Virus record (IMG/VR): IMGVR_UViG_3300028388_003330 | Span: 16,203 to 80,202 of that record | Reading direction: 5' to 3' (one strand) | Length of the DNA stretch: 64,000 nucleotides | Source of the DNA: a virus | Part shown: positions 18,345 to 30,900 of the stretch, one piece after another | How the letters are laid out: each line of letters starts with the position of its first letter | How positions within the stretch are numbered: position 1 is the stretch's first letter | Translations under genes and position numbers: made by a program | Notes under the pieces: generated by a model | The model's input: only the letters and a program-made list of their open reading frames with translations | The model's database searches: none | Told to the model about the DNA's origin: nothing

Positions 18345-18566
18345 CTACGGGCGAAATTCCTGAAATTCCCGACGAGCCAAGACGGACACCACCTGGGCCA
18401 GTTTGATGAGAATTTCTCTGGCTTCCTGTAGATCGGTGACGTTCGTCAGCATCCACGCTTCGATCTCAGCCGGAGTCTTCGTCATCAGCCCACGCAGAAG
18501 GGCGTCCTGACCGACGGTGAACTTGTCTGCCTGTTCGGCGTTACGTTTTATACTAAGTCGCGACAA
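18345..18566 (-). CDS. Tail-associated hypothetical protein
   Basis: 73-aa ORF. The exact start is uncertain. Confidence 0.45.
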   Translation of the reverse strand: MSRLSIKRNAEQADKFTVGQDALLRGLMTKTPAEIEAWMLTNVTDLQEAREILIKLAQVVSVLARREFQEFRP

Positions 18567-18954
18567 AGGACAGCTCCTTGGATTTAGCAGGGAAAGTGTC
18601 GATGGAGACGGTGTAGTCGCCGGGAAGCTCGGCAGTTATTTCCAGAACCCCATCGTCCACCGTAACTCGTTCAAGCACGCCCACTGCAGATAGGGTGACA
18701 ACGGCACCAACAGGCACGCCAGACAGCGTGGCAACGTCTACACCGTCAGCGACGATGGACGTCTTATCCAGTTGAGCGGGGTTGTCGGGTCGCAGGACAG
18801 GCTCGCCGTCAGGAAAATATGTGGACGCTGCGTCGAACTCTCCTTCATAGTGTCCCTCGTCGGCATTTACGTTATTCGCCAACCCGCTTTCAACGCCGAT
18901 GTGTATTTTGACGACGCGCCCGGTATCTGTTTTGTAGATGGTGTAAACGCTCAC
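18553..18954 (-). CDS. Tail-fibre assembly/chaperone-like protein
   Basis: YTIY...TGRV...EG pattern, directly after the gpJ-like gene. Confidence 0.55.
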   Translation of the reverse strand: MSVYTIYKTDTGRVVKIHIGVESGLANNVNADEGHYEGEFDAASTYFPDGEPVLRPDNPAQLDKTSIVADGVDVATLSGVPVGAVVTLSAVGVLERVTVDDGVLEITAELPGDYTVSIDTFPAKSKELSFVAT

Positions 18955-21900
18955 TTCTTCACCTCAAGCGCAGAGATAATTAGGTCGTCCACTTTTACTT
19001 CTATATCGTTTCGACCGCTTTCATAGGTGTTAGAAACATACAAATCTACTGAGTACCTACGAGTCCCAGCAGGCGGAACGTCCATGTACACAAACGTGAT
19101 AAAGTCGCCGCCCCCTTCGCGATACCTCGCTATTTGAGTGCCACCATATATGTGTACATCATCTCTTTTAAGGTCCATGTACAACGAATCGTACCCATCG
19201 CCGTTGGCGCTGGATATAACCATCCGCATACTAACTGTTATCAGCGCTTCGTTACCAGTAGCCGTATACGTTAAGTATCCGTACTCCGTCCAAGTGTTTG
19301 CAACAGTAGTAAGAGTTGTGAATTTATTCGTCGTTGGTATGGTGACCGCCCTGTCAGCTATCTTTAACGTAGTGACAGCAAGTTCATCTATCTGAAGCGT
19401 ACCAACCGCAAGCTCAGCGATATGCCCTCTTTCCACAATCTCCAGGGAGTCGGCCTTCAGAGAAGAGGCTTCGATATTCCCCCTGGCGTAGATGTCGTTA
19501 AACTGGGCGTTGCCGTTTTTGTTTATCCACCAGCCAGACGTTACGTTGACGAAGTTGGTAGACTGTATCGTGTTGCCGATATAGGCATCACCTATGGCGC
19601 CAGCGGCGATAACAGTAGAAACGTTACTCTGATTAATCTCGTCGATGAACGCGAAAGTACCACTCTCTGAGCCAGCAGACTGCAGGCAGGCCCTGGCCAT
19701 GTTCCAGGCTTGGTCCCTGTTCCAGAACTCGCGGTAGTACCGCGCCTCGGAGAAGATGCCCCCGTAGTACACACCGGAACCGAGAGAAGACGTATCCCAG
19801 TCGCCTTCGCTGTTTCCGCCAATAGCCACTGCACGGGCTGTCGTTGTGAAGCTGGACGTCGTGCCGAGCGTCGAGGTCTGGTATGACCCGTCGGCGTGGA
19901 ACATGTAGTAGTGGAGTTCGTTCGCGTCCTTGTCGAACGTGACGATCAGGCAGTGCCACTCGTCCTGGTATATCGCGTCAGTAAGCGTGCTGGGGTTGCC
20001 GAATGCAAGGCTGACATTCATCTTGCCGTTGCCGTCGTACGTGGATTCGGAGGTAGAAACCCCCCAGCCATCTGATAAGTCCCGAGTAACAATCCGCGCC
20101 CCTGAAGGGGGAGGCGTGGACGGGGCTTTAAAGACAAACACCCACGACTGCTGCGGGTAGGTCGCGTACGCCGTGTCCACATTCTTCGCGAGCTTGACCC
20201 CTGCGCTGTCTATCTGGACGCCTTTGCCAAGGTTGGCCTGGACTACACTTACCGAGTTCGCGCCGTTGCTCAGAGTCACATAGCCAAGTTTGGCGGTAGC
20301 GTCCTTGAACTCTCCGCTGTCGTCATCGCTGTAATCTGTTGCAAACGACCAACGCCCAGCAAGTTTTGTCGGGTTTGGTAGGCTGTCTGGATAGCCGGTG
20401 AAGTTATCCCAGAAGTCAGCACCAACAGTTGCACCGTCTTCGATGTTGTTTAGCTTAGTGCCCTCGGCGGTGCTGATTTCCGACAGCGAGGTGGGAGTGC
20501 CGGAGAGATCGTCGTACTCGGTTGTGCCGCCACCTGGGATCGCATAGGTCGATGGGTTGGACAATGCCCCGACCCGCTCCTCGAACATGATGCCGTCGAA
20601 CCACACGTCGCAACCCGCACCGCCTTCGTTGTCTACGCGAAGCAGAAGGCGGGTGGAGGTGGTATCCGCCGAAAGGTCTATCGTGGCCGTGATGCGCTTC
20701 CAATCACCGGGTGTAGCGGCGCAGGTGAAGTTGTAGCCGAGATAGGTATCGTTTAACTGCCGCCGGGTGTATAGCTGCACTGCCGCGTTGGCGGTGTTGC
20801 TGCGGACGTAGCAACTGAACAGCCACACTTTACCCGGCTCTATCGGGATGTTGTAGTTAGTTGCGCCATCACTAAGAAAGACGTACCCATTATCGCCGGT
20901 CGCCGCTATCTTTAGGCTGTGCCCACCGAAATAGCTGACAGTGGCGTCTAGGCTTACGGTAGCCGTCGACGCCTTAGCCAGCGTCGGGAAAATATTCTCG
21001 AACACCGAGTACCGATAGTTGGCAATGTTGACGCCACTACCTGCCGTGTTGTTGTAGGTACTGTCGGCGTCAAGCTCGCCCACGTAGTCGAGGTCGTAGA
21101 TCGAACTGTTGGTCTTCGCCAGGGCGCTAACAAGCGGGGCACCCTTGTAGATGCTGAACGGTATGTCGAGCCACGCATCGGGGTCGTCATCAACCTCGCC
21201 AGCGTAGGCTTCAAAACCGTTGCCTTCCCCACAGCCTGGGATGCCGATGAGAACGTAAGCGCTGCGGTTCTTGAACAGATTGGTCGAGCCGTAGACCGCC
21301 TTTGATGCGCCGCAGCGGTACATCGCCGCGTCTAAGCCGTTAGCCAGACGGTTGTTCTCTGGTTCGTCGAAGCCGTAAACGACCACGATCTTGGTGTTGT
21401 CAAGAGCGTTGAGCGCAGCGGCCATCGTTGTGGCGTTAGCGACGCTACCGTAAACATCGTAGGTCTGACCAGACTCTCTGAGTCCGGTTGTGCGGTTGAA
21501 CACAACCATGGTATAGGAACGCCCGATGCCCTGGATCTGGGTGTCGTCTTCGTCGTAAAGGCCATGCCCATGGGCGGAATAAGTGGCTTGGTTACCCTTA
21601 GTTACCACCCGGTACATCAGCGGACGACCTGACAAGTTGGCAGTCCAGTCAGCGCCAACGGTCGCTTCAGGCTGTACGCGGCTGACCTCGACGTGGGACA
21701 CCTTGACCGTGCCGGTACACGCGCCAACGATGATCTGCACGCTGACCTGACGGCAGTCAGGCTGCAGCGCGGCAGCAGAACCCTCCAGCCAGTACCACTG
21801 ACCTTTGGTTACACCACCATCGTCGCTTACTAGATCTGGCCACGAGCCAACGGCGGTGCTTGCGCCAGCGCTGGTTTTCTCATTCAGTTCGATCCGGAAT

Positions 21901-24900
21901 CCTGTCCCGTTGTAGTCGGTCGAGAAATACACCCGCGCGCGGCAGTACAGCTTCTCCCCTTGCAGCAGTGGGATGTACTCGCCCCTGTTGGTGTAGCATG
22001 TCTGACCATAGGCTGTCGCCGTGGGGTTGACCACTTGCCAGCAGGGACCGCCGTCTTCCGCCCCCGTAGCCGATACCGTGGCGCCCCCCGTGACGTTCCA
22101 GAACGACGTGTCGCCGGACGCGTACTTTATGAATCCCGGATCGCCGCAGAAGTTGTAGCCCATCGGCGCGTACTTGTTCAGCAACTGCTCGTCGGGCGGC
22201 ATGTTATCTAGGTTAGTGCCCCAGGTTGCACCTACGGTCGCGCCTTTCTCGTATCCACCGATAGGCCGTATCTGCACGGCGTCTACGTCGTAGTAACGTG
22301 ACGTTGCCGTCCAGTGGTACACAGCGAATGAGGCAAATTTGGCCCCGGCTGTTGGAGTGTATGTGTAGGTGTCTTCTTGCCACGTCGTTCCGGGGTACTG
22401 CCCGTTGTTATATACAGAAACGAACGTGGTTCTAGTATCAGTCAACGCACTAGTACCACCAGCTCCTATGTGAGTTTTGCCCTCCGCGAGCGCAGAGCTT
22501 TTCTCGTTGAACCGGAGATACAGCCCAGTAGTGCCTACGCTCTCAGCACGATGGCGAATCGTTACCTCGTAAGTTTGCTTGTCGTCGATGGGTATTGCGG
22601 GCCACCCGTAAGCAACGCTGGCGTCATTCGCGTGGGAAATACGCATCCACGTCTTAGTGGAATCGCCCCAAGCAAATGCAGCCTTGCTATTCGTGCTTTC
22701 AACCGCTTCTATACCAGCAGGTTTGCCGTCTGGGCCGTTTATGGACAGGTTCCAGTTCGGCAGCATCCCTGAAACAGCCGATACGTCCCAGGCCGGAGTA
22801 GCCTTGACGACGATGTTTTCCGTTGCAGCACCGTCGGCGTTTGACGCCCATATCGCGATGGTGTTGGTGCCTTCAACAGCGTCCCCAACGCGGTAAAACC
22901 ACCAGCTTGTGTTATCAGGCTGCGAGCTAACTTCGTTGTAGTGTAGGTTTGCGCCTATGGTCGTTCCATTGAGTGCGAGTTGCACCCCGCCTTCAGCATC
23001 GCGTATCAGGACGCCGATAATGATCTTACCCGCCACGGGGCAGTTGAATGTCCACGTATCGGCGCTAGCAATCGTCGTGCTCATGGGAATGCTGTCGTTG
23101 ATGGCCCCTGTAGTGAACAGAGTGGACCCAGCAGCGAACGCAGCCTCTAGCGCGTCATACCATTCCTGCTTGGTCTGGCCTACAGTCGCACCGTCTTCGA
23201 TGTTAGTTAACTTAGTGCCCTCGGCGGTGCTGATCTCCGACAACGAGGTTGGTGTACCAGAAAGGTCGTCGTATAAAGTTGTTCCACCTCCGGGTATCGC
23301 GTAAGACGAGGGGTTGGACAATGCCCCGACCCGCTCCTCAAACATAATGCCATCGACCCACAGATCACATCCTGCACCGCCGTCGTTATCAATACGAAGG
23401 CGAAGACGAGTTGAAGTGTCTGCGCTAAGGTCAAGCGTCCAGGTGATACGTTTCCAATCACCGGGCGTAGCCGCGCAAGTAAAACTGCCACCTGGGGTAG
23501 TGCCGTCGGAGTTCCTTACGGCACGCAACTGCACTGCGGAGTTTGCGAGACTGCTGCGGACGTAGCAACTGAACAGCCAAACCTTACCGGGTTCGATAAT
23601 TACGTTCCAGTCGCTAGCGTTTTCGGCAAGAAGAACATAACCATCATTGTCGGTTGCCGATATTTTCAGACTGTGCCCACCGAAATAGCTGATGGTGTCG
23701 TCGTAACTAACCGTTGCGCGGACAGGTACTAACGTCGGGAAAATGTCCTCGAATACCGAGCAACGGTAGTCGGCAATGTTGACGCCACTGCCTGCCGAGT
23801 TGTTATAGGTGTTGTCGGCATCAAGCTCGCCCGTGTAGCCAAGACCGAGAATAGTTACCTTTCCTCCACCGGCTCCAGACAGCGTCCCGTCGTCGGCTAG
23901 TTCAATGACGGTGTTGTCAATAGATTTATCAAAGAACGCAAACCGCAGGTTGTCGAAAATGACGGTGCCTTGGAACTGCCCACCGGACATGCCGGTATAA
24001 GACGCCATTAGGTGAATCTGTAATCTATATATCTGCTCGCCAGGGTTAAGGCGGGCGGTAAACGGTACTTTCTGCCAGCCGGTGGTCGTCAGCGGGGCTG
24101 TGAACGGTGTCCGCCTGTAGCTCCCGGAGGTGTTATAGAACAGATCAACCAGAATACCTGGGCGTCCGCCTGCGACATAGTTTTCAATGTATATGTCGAA
24201 CGCACCGGAGACGAAGGTATCAGCCGGAAGCGGGGTGTCGTAGAACGACACAGTGCGAACTATGCCGAAGTTAGTGGCAGCCGGTACGACAAACTTCACC
24301 GCGTAGGGGCCGATGCGCCTGAGCGTCGTCTCTTTTACTGGAGTGCCCACTCCGTAGCTGTTCCACCCTGTTGGCCTAGTCTGACCATCCGGCCAATCAC
24401 TGAACGTCGGGTTGAAGCCTAGAGCAACTGAATCGTCGTTGGTGTAGATGCTGTCGTAGGGGATGTTGGTGACGTTGCTGTTGAAGTCAGCGCCTACGGT
24501 CGCGCCGTCTGCTGGCAGGTTGGTGTTGGTTGCTATCAGCGAACTGAGTACGTCGATGCCAGTACCGGCTGCGGTAGTCCATTTTCTACCAATGGCGACA
24601 ATGCAGTCAGTGTCCAGCGGTGTGAACGTGTATTTCACATTGCCGTTATCAACCGCCTGCCATGTATCCGTGTCAATGTCATAAATCGCGCCGAAGAATT
24701 CAACGGCAGTTCCGAAATTGTTGGCGAACCGTGTGTTAGGGGACTCGTCCGTATAGATGATGTAGAACGGGTCTTGCTTAATCCCACCTTCCCACGCCGT
24801 GTTTAGCTGGGTGTCGTTGGTTATGCTGCGCTTCGTCCCATCCGGGTGATAGAACGTTGTGCCCGTTATGCGGATCTCACCGGGGTTCGCACTACCATCC

Positions 24901-27900
24901 CCAAGTTCGTTTTTAAGTAACCTAACATCGCCGAACCCACCAGTGTGCATCGACCCCAGCGCAGCGCGATTGAGAGCAACAGGAACACCAGACACTCCGT
25001 CCCAATTTGCCGTATCACCAAGACCTGCGCCGTCAGTCAGTTCACTAGTGTTTGTGATGTAATTGGCGTTGAGTGCGCCCGTATAGTCGAGGTCAAGAAC
25101 GCTACCGCCAGAAAAATTGATTCCATCCCAATTTATCTTGCCGCCCGACTGCAAGACGATATTGCCAGATGAATCGCGAATCGTTATTTGCGAAAATTCT
25201 GCCGATCCAGATTTATCAATCCTCCAACCACTTGTTGGCGTGTAGTTAAGGCTTTGAATGTAATCGCCGATTTTCGCAGTGGAAATAGTGCCATCTTGTA
25301 TATAAGTTTCATCGATATATACAACGCCATTGCGAACAATAAATGGTACAGATACATCAACGCCATTCGGATCAAGAATAGAAAACTGATTCGCAAGAAT
25401 CGCCACCTCTGAACTGGTGGTTCCAGATTGATCGTTTTCAACAGAGAGACCAATACCTGCTATTGCTGTTTTTCCATCAGCGGCACGAGCTTCTACTTTT
25501 ACGGTGTATTCTGAGGAAAGAAGCCCGTCTTTATCTGCACGCGCTTTGGCTTCTCGCTGAACTGCCGCTATTCCCAAGCCGTCATAGTCCCTAAGAGCCC
25601 GACGCATACCACGAGCAACATACTCATCGTCGCTCAGGTTGTTAAGCCGCAGCATGAAAGGGGCGGTTCCTTCAAACCGCACCGGGCCGCTGTAGAGCGT
25701 CGGGTCCACGCCGCCGATATTACCAACTTCGACTTTGCCGACGTTGTCGCGAGATGCGTAGGACAGGTCGTGGGTGGCGACTACGCCCGTGGAGTCGATA
25801 ACAGTGATAACGCAGGGCTCTACTGCCGCAACAACGTAGTCAGATACGTTATGGGCAATAAGATAAGTGTCGCCCAGCATCTTCGTCGAGATAGCGGGTT
25901 CGCAGTCGCCACCGGCGCTGTCGCCAATAGCCGTAGTCTGAACGAGTCCAGGGGAAGTGATGTAGTGCGAATTGCCGAGTGATGTTTTCTCGTACGACGA
26001 GTTTACGCTGTCATAAATAACACTGGTGTAGCGCGCCGCCAGAATCTCACGCGCCATCGGCAACAGACAGGTGTAGTCACCAGCGTTACCCTCGGCGAAG
26101 GCGACGATATCCGAACTGGACTCGATAATGACAAACGCCGGTTCAGTAACCGTCGTTGACCACGTCTGCACCGTGCCGGACGGGACCGTGACCGTAGCAG
26201 TCGGCGAGCTAAAATCATACAGCGGCGTGCCAGCATTGTTTATCTTGACGACTGCAGATCCCGACACCGCATAAAAATACAAAGTTACCGGCGAATAGCG
26301 GTTGTAGTAATGCCCGAAGTATCTGCCGCAATCAGAGAATGCTGGAACCTGATCGCCGCGATCCTGTAGCTCAAACTGCGTGGGCTTGTTCGCCGTGAAT
26401 ATGTCACCAAGAGACGCGGTACGAGTGATGACACTCATCGCGTCCAGCGGGCCAGCGGTCTCTACACTGTTTTGGTAGATGTAGGTGCCGTCTTCCAGCG
26501 CTGCGATGCGAATGGTCTGGTCTCCGGAGGACCCGAGCACCACCCTTGGAGACGTAAGCGCCTGCGCATTTATATAAGAAGGTTCATCAGATCGAACATC
26601 AGTCAATGCCGAAAGCTGTTGAATAGATTCTGCTCGGGCGGTTTGTTCATCAGAGATTACATCGTCGACATAGGTAATTGAGGCTTTGAGATCAATATCA
26701 GCCTGAAGACCGTCGTCGGCAGTTTGATAATCCGTTTCCAGTTGAGAGATTGCGGTAGCTCTTGCCGTCGTTTCATTAGAGACTGCCGTGTCTACATAAG
26801 TAATAGACGCCTTCGACGATGAAAGGTCGTTATAACCCCAGTCCGAATAAACAGGAACAACCTCATAACCTGCGGGTGTGTAGGTATGATCACCAATCGC
26901 ATCTGCAACAGCATCTTGGCGAGTATCGATCCAGCTATTACCTACAACGCCATAGACTGAAACCTGTACTCGACCAGCAATTTCTTTGGCGTTTTCCAGA
27001 TTCAGTACATAAATGGTTGTCTTGTTTGCTGTTGGGTCATGATAGACCGCCAACCGATCTGGAATTTCTACATCATTGCGCCAACGATATACAGCGGTTC
27101 CTACAAACGTACCAATACCGTCATGTACAAGACCGTTACTGTTTGTAAAAACAGAAATATCAACGTCTGCTGAATTATCTTGGCGACCAGCCCTTGTACC
27201 GTAACGGACGCGACCAGATAGAGCTAGTCCGTGATAATTACCGGTATTTGTATACTCAAATATCTTAAACGCCGCTGTTGTGCCACTGCCGTTATGAATC
27301 TTTAGATCAACGTTATAAACCGTTTCAACTGCAGGTAGCGAAACCTTATCAAAATCACCAATGGGCACACCGTTCTGCAGATCGGTAACATCATCGGCGA
27401 TAAGAGAATCGGCAGCTTTATAATCAGCGTCTAACTGCGACAACGCCGTGGCGCGAGCCTGCTGCTCATCAGAAATTACATCGTCGACATAGGTAATTGA
27501 TGCTTTGGCATCAATATTGGTCTGAAGACCTGCGTCAGCAGCTTTGTAATCGGTATCTAACTGCGTCAACGCTGTCGCACGAGCCTGCTGCTCATCAGCG
27601 ATTGCATCATCGACATAGGTAATCGACGCTCTGGTATCGATAGCGTAATCGGCGGTAGCGTCTTCCAGCATTATTGCGCCGACTTCCGTTGTTCCTGCTA
27701 CACCGCCATAGTTGGCAATGAAAACGGGACGCATATAGCGAACGTTTTCGTGAGCAAGATGCGGGGCCTCTGCTGTGCTAGCGCCCGAATAATCTCCAAG
27801 CGGCGAGCCGTACCCTTTGGTATAACCGGTAATAACTTCCCAAGTTGCTGCTATGGTGCTTTTACCACCGCCAGTGGTGTGATAGTGCTGATTGTTGAAA

Positions 27901-30900
27901 ACGTTATCGCCATTGATGTTGACATACGTCGTTCCATCGGACGCAATGCCCTCAAAACCCGCGTAGAAAGTACCGGTTCCAGCCGTCCTACGAATAATAA
28001 CGGTCCATTTATAGATACGCTCTGGATCAAACGGAATTAGGCTGTTATGAGCCAACCAGTGAAGATCATCGCCCGAGTTATCACCGATTCTTAGAAACTT
28101 ACCGCCCATATAGCTATCAGCGGCGGTTTGAATCGATAGCTCCCCAGTTCCTTGTCTGGTGATCCAGTAATTCAAGGCATTGGCGTCTTCCCAAGTTTCT
28201 TGGAAAATGAGATTGCCGGAGTTTGACGCCGTCGCTTCAAGCGCTTGGATTGCCTGAGTGTGCGAACTTAAAGTGCCTGCTTGATCAATATAAACTGTCG
28301 TTTCTAGGTTATCGATAGCCTGAGCGCTAGCACTAAGACCCGTTTCCGAGTCGTCAATTGACGCCTGAACAGCATCTAGACGATTGGCGTTAGCAACGAC
28401 GCCTCTTTCACTATCTTCTACCGTCGTTTCAAGATCGCTAATAGCAATAGAATGCGCTGCTACAGCGTCGCCAAGACTGGAGTAATCACCGATTTTCGTC
28501 CAGTAAGCGGTATCGGTAGGAAGAGGCGAAGGTGGAAAAACAGCCGTCGTATCCTGAATACACCGATAAAGCGAACCGTTGTAAGCAACGATATCGTCTA
28601 CAAAATATTCAGTATTCGCATCAAAATCAGGCGTACCTTCAAGCGCCGCCACTTGAGTCTGGAGAGTATCTACCGCGCCCTCTAGGTCTGTCGTTCTATC
28701 GTCAAGACCGGTAGTAGGCGTATCAATTAAATTAATTCTGCTATTGAGCGAAGCGGTTAATTCGCTCTCTGAAATCTGACCCTGAAGATCGGCTAATGTA
28801 ATACCGAAGTCTTCAATGACGACACTAACCTCAGAGCTAAACGTTAGATTGTCTTTGCCCCAAATGTCATACGCCGCAACACGGACATACCAAGTTTCAC
28901 CGTTATTGGCGGTTATCAGACAACCATTGCCAGTACCTTCATATACCTTGTTTGTATTTATATTTGGAGTAAAGCCAATGGTTTGAGATGCGCAAACGAT
29001 ATATCCGCCAACATCAACATCGCCTACACGATCCCAGCCAGCAGCATACTGCGTCTCAGCGTTATTAACGAAAAGATTGCTTGGCGCAGAACTAATCTGC
29101 GGGTTCGTAACGATAATACTTGCGGAGCTACCAGTGGTTCCGCTATAGAGTCTAGCTTTAACCCTAACCGTGATTGAACGATTAATCTGTCCGTCGTTCT
29201 GAGCATCCGCCCATGTATAGGTGTAAGACGGATCTCCAGTGTATGAAATTCGAACAACGGCTGAATTGATTTCAACCTGAACCTCGTAGTCGTAAGCCTC
29301 TTCCAGCTCGTCCCAGCGAACCGTAAAGCGATCCGAAATGAACGGACTTACCAGACCAAGATTCTGAACCTGACCGGGCGGGGCAACTTGAGTGCCGTTA
29401 ACAGCGTTAAAATCACTATAAACGCCATCTGTAGTTACTGCTTTAACCCAATAAAAATAACTGATGCCCTGATTAACTGCGGCATCTGTGAAAGTCGCCT
29501 CTTTTGTACGTCCTATTTCTACCGCCGTACCGTTATCATCACTGGCACTGCGATAAACAACGATTTCGTCGTATATGCCTGTTGGCGGCGTCCAACTAAG
29601 GCTAACGATTGTTCCAATTGCAGTCGCAGTAAGGTTTGTAGGCGTAGTTACATCTGGGCGCGCAGTAGAACTAAACGCGATGGTTGGCGCACCAGCAAAA
29701 GTGGCCCGACGACCAACAATGTCAAAAGCAACGACCTTAAAGAAGACAGAAACGCCAACAGGGATGCGATGACGATACTCCAATGTCCGCATATCAACCT
29801 GACCAACCTTCTCGTAAGGTGCGCCATCAACGGACATATGAATATCTGCACCGCCATAAACACCTGAAGCGGGATACGACCAATACAGATTTGCAACAGG
29901 AAGATAGCTGTTACCTATCTTCTCATATTCTTGGTAGACGCCTAGATCAACAACCTGCCCAATCTGTTGAGGTGCCTCATATATAGGCAACTCAATATTA
30001 TTGTCAACATTATATATTGCCGAATTATACTCAATGGCCCGGATTGTACGAACTTCATGACCAGAACCATTAATTGCAATAACGCGAAATGGACGCTTGA
30101 CTAGGGTAACCGGCCCTAGCATAAATTTTGCGTATTTTGGAGGGGCTGAACCTAACGACGAGGCTACGGTTACCGATGATGTTAAACCCGGCGCGTTTGT
30201 AATATCTCGCTCAATTATTACATCAGTATCGTAAATAGTATAATCATGACCAGCAACGATACCAATGGTGTTTTCTATTTCAACACCATAATTTCCAGAT
30301 CCGTCATCATATACAACGCGACGAATTCGATGATCAACGCCGTTAATAACAGCGCGTGTTACGTTGGTATTGCCGTCATAACTGTTCAACCATACAATGC
30401 CGCCTCCTACTGCTACGCCAGACACCGTACCGGTTGCGCGAGAAATCTTGTCGTAATTAATAAGCAGTCGGTAAGTAATACCGTCTAGTAACTCAACCTC
30501 TTGATCAAGGTTAACAACACTAACCGTGGAATTCGCTTCCAGCCGACCGCTGTACTCCCAATTCGGGAGATTATGCTGTACAAGTATCTGACTACCAACC
30601 GTACAAGCAATAGACTCTACCGGCGCATCAAACGTAATGCTTTTGGTAATGTACTTGTTTAAGTTAAGTTGAAATACCGCCTCATTAACGGCTTGTTGTT
30701 TATCGGTACAACCAAATAACGTTATCCTTGCCGTTTTTACGTCATCAGTTGGCAAAAGAGATGGGTCGCGAACCTTTAATGTGGTTCTTTCATAATCGTT
30801 TTCTGAATCAAAGTAGGTAACTTCGATTTCATTTGCCCTGTCAGTCATGGGCAACCAAGTCATCTTAAATGACTTCTCGACAATGTTACCTACGTTGAAC

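Noticed and set aside
20425-23836. Diversity-generating retroelement (TR/VR pair) in the tail genes
   Set aside because: Differences between the copies are not adenine-specific, both copies are in-frame coding, and no reverse transcriptase is in the window.
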